Below, in pieces: positions 63,470-64,000 of a DNA stretch of 64,000 nucleotides. The stretch is from positions 27,280,001 through 27,344,000 of the forward strand of contig CM060732.1 of assembly GCA_030704615.1 (NCBI GenBank). Direction: 5' to 3'. Numbering within the stretch: position 1 is the stretch's first letter; each line of letters starts with the position of its first letter. Under the pieces are notes generated by a model. The model was not told where the DNA came from. It did no database searches and was given only the letters and a program-made list of their open reading frames with translations. The translations under genes and the position numbers were made by a program. Source of the stretch: Takakia lepidozioides. Lineage: Eukaryota; Plantae; Bryophyta.

Positions 63470-63874
63470 CATGAAAACCGATTGTCTTAAACTAATGTGC
63501 TTTTCTCATTTGTATCCGTCAGTGACATATAAAAACTTGTGCACCAAGTCTGTATCCATGCACGAAATCAGTTTCCAATTTTGTATGTCATGGGAAAGTG
63601 GAGGACGCACAACAGGCATAGATATCATCCGGCATAGAGGGATGTCAAGACGTCCTCCAGAGACGAGCATGTCCCTAATAACCTCCTGGGAGTTTACCTT
63701 CTGGAATGACATGAGTTCTTTCACCTTGTCAAGGTAGTGCACTTCAGGTTCATCCGTTTCATCGTTATTCTCCGAACTCTTCGCAGAGTCGTCCCCATCT
63801 CCAGAACCTTTTGCCTCTGTTCCTGTCAGCTTGGTCTTCACAGTTTTCTGCATAATGCCATGCCAATCAGACAC
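63470..63874 (-). pseudogene. Truncated, frameshifted paralog of the ParB-like gene
   Basis: VNSQEVIRDMLVSGGRLDIPLCRMISMPVVRPPL, then shifted-frame KLETDFVHGY, matching 57824-58348. Confidence 0.75.
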
Positions 63875-64000
63875 TCAGGTATGTGCAAATAGTGATGGTC
63901 GGCACCGACAATCATAGTACATAGGCAAAAACAATGACATCACAATGACTTCAAAGTGATTAAAAATGTTCAATGCAGCTTCTTTACAACTGAAAGTGCT

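Overview
Repeat-dense, heterochromatin-like window of a eukaryotic nuclear genome. It is most likely from a non-seed land plant, inferred from TTTAGGG-type telomeric motifs, PLS-class PPR fragments, OSB PDF-motif fragments and GT-AG introns. There is a 500-N scaffold gap at 19053-19552. Main contents: (1) A decayed Ty3/Gypsy gag-pol on the minus strand (50.2-43.1 kb) with a DNMT3-like C5 cytosine methyltransferase domain in frame between protease and RT, and a PHD finger at the integrase C-terminus. (2) A cluster of Crinkler/CR-like modular genes: three unrelated N-terminal header exons all end in phase-1 donors and are followed by introns built from the same shuffled repeat blocks. Two lead to near-identical REase+kinase exons, one of which has a nonsense codon. 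A separate truncated NTPase+REase gene is also present. (3) An apparently endonuclease-less Penelope-like retroelement with telomere-tipped tandem repeats and a minimal hammerhead ribozyme. (4) Two inverted copies of a 2.2-kb LTR enclosing a divergent pair of unknown paralogous ORFs. (5) A complete non-autonomous CACTA element (3-bp TSD ATG) carrying OSB and PPR gene fragments. (6) ParB/Srx-like genes, a ~117-bp array of 36-bp palindromes and a Mutator-type SWIM transposase remnant. (7) tRNA-derived SINEs. All calls come from reading motifs by eye; no searches were run.
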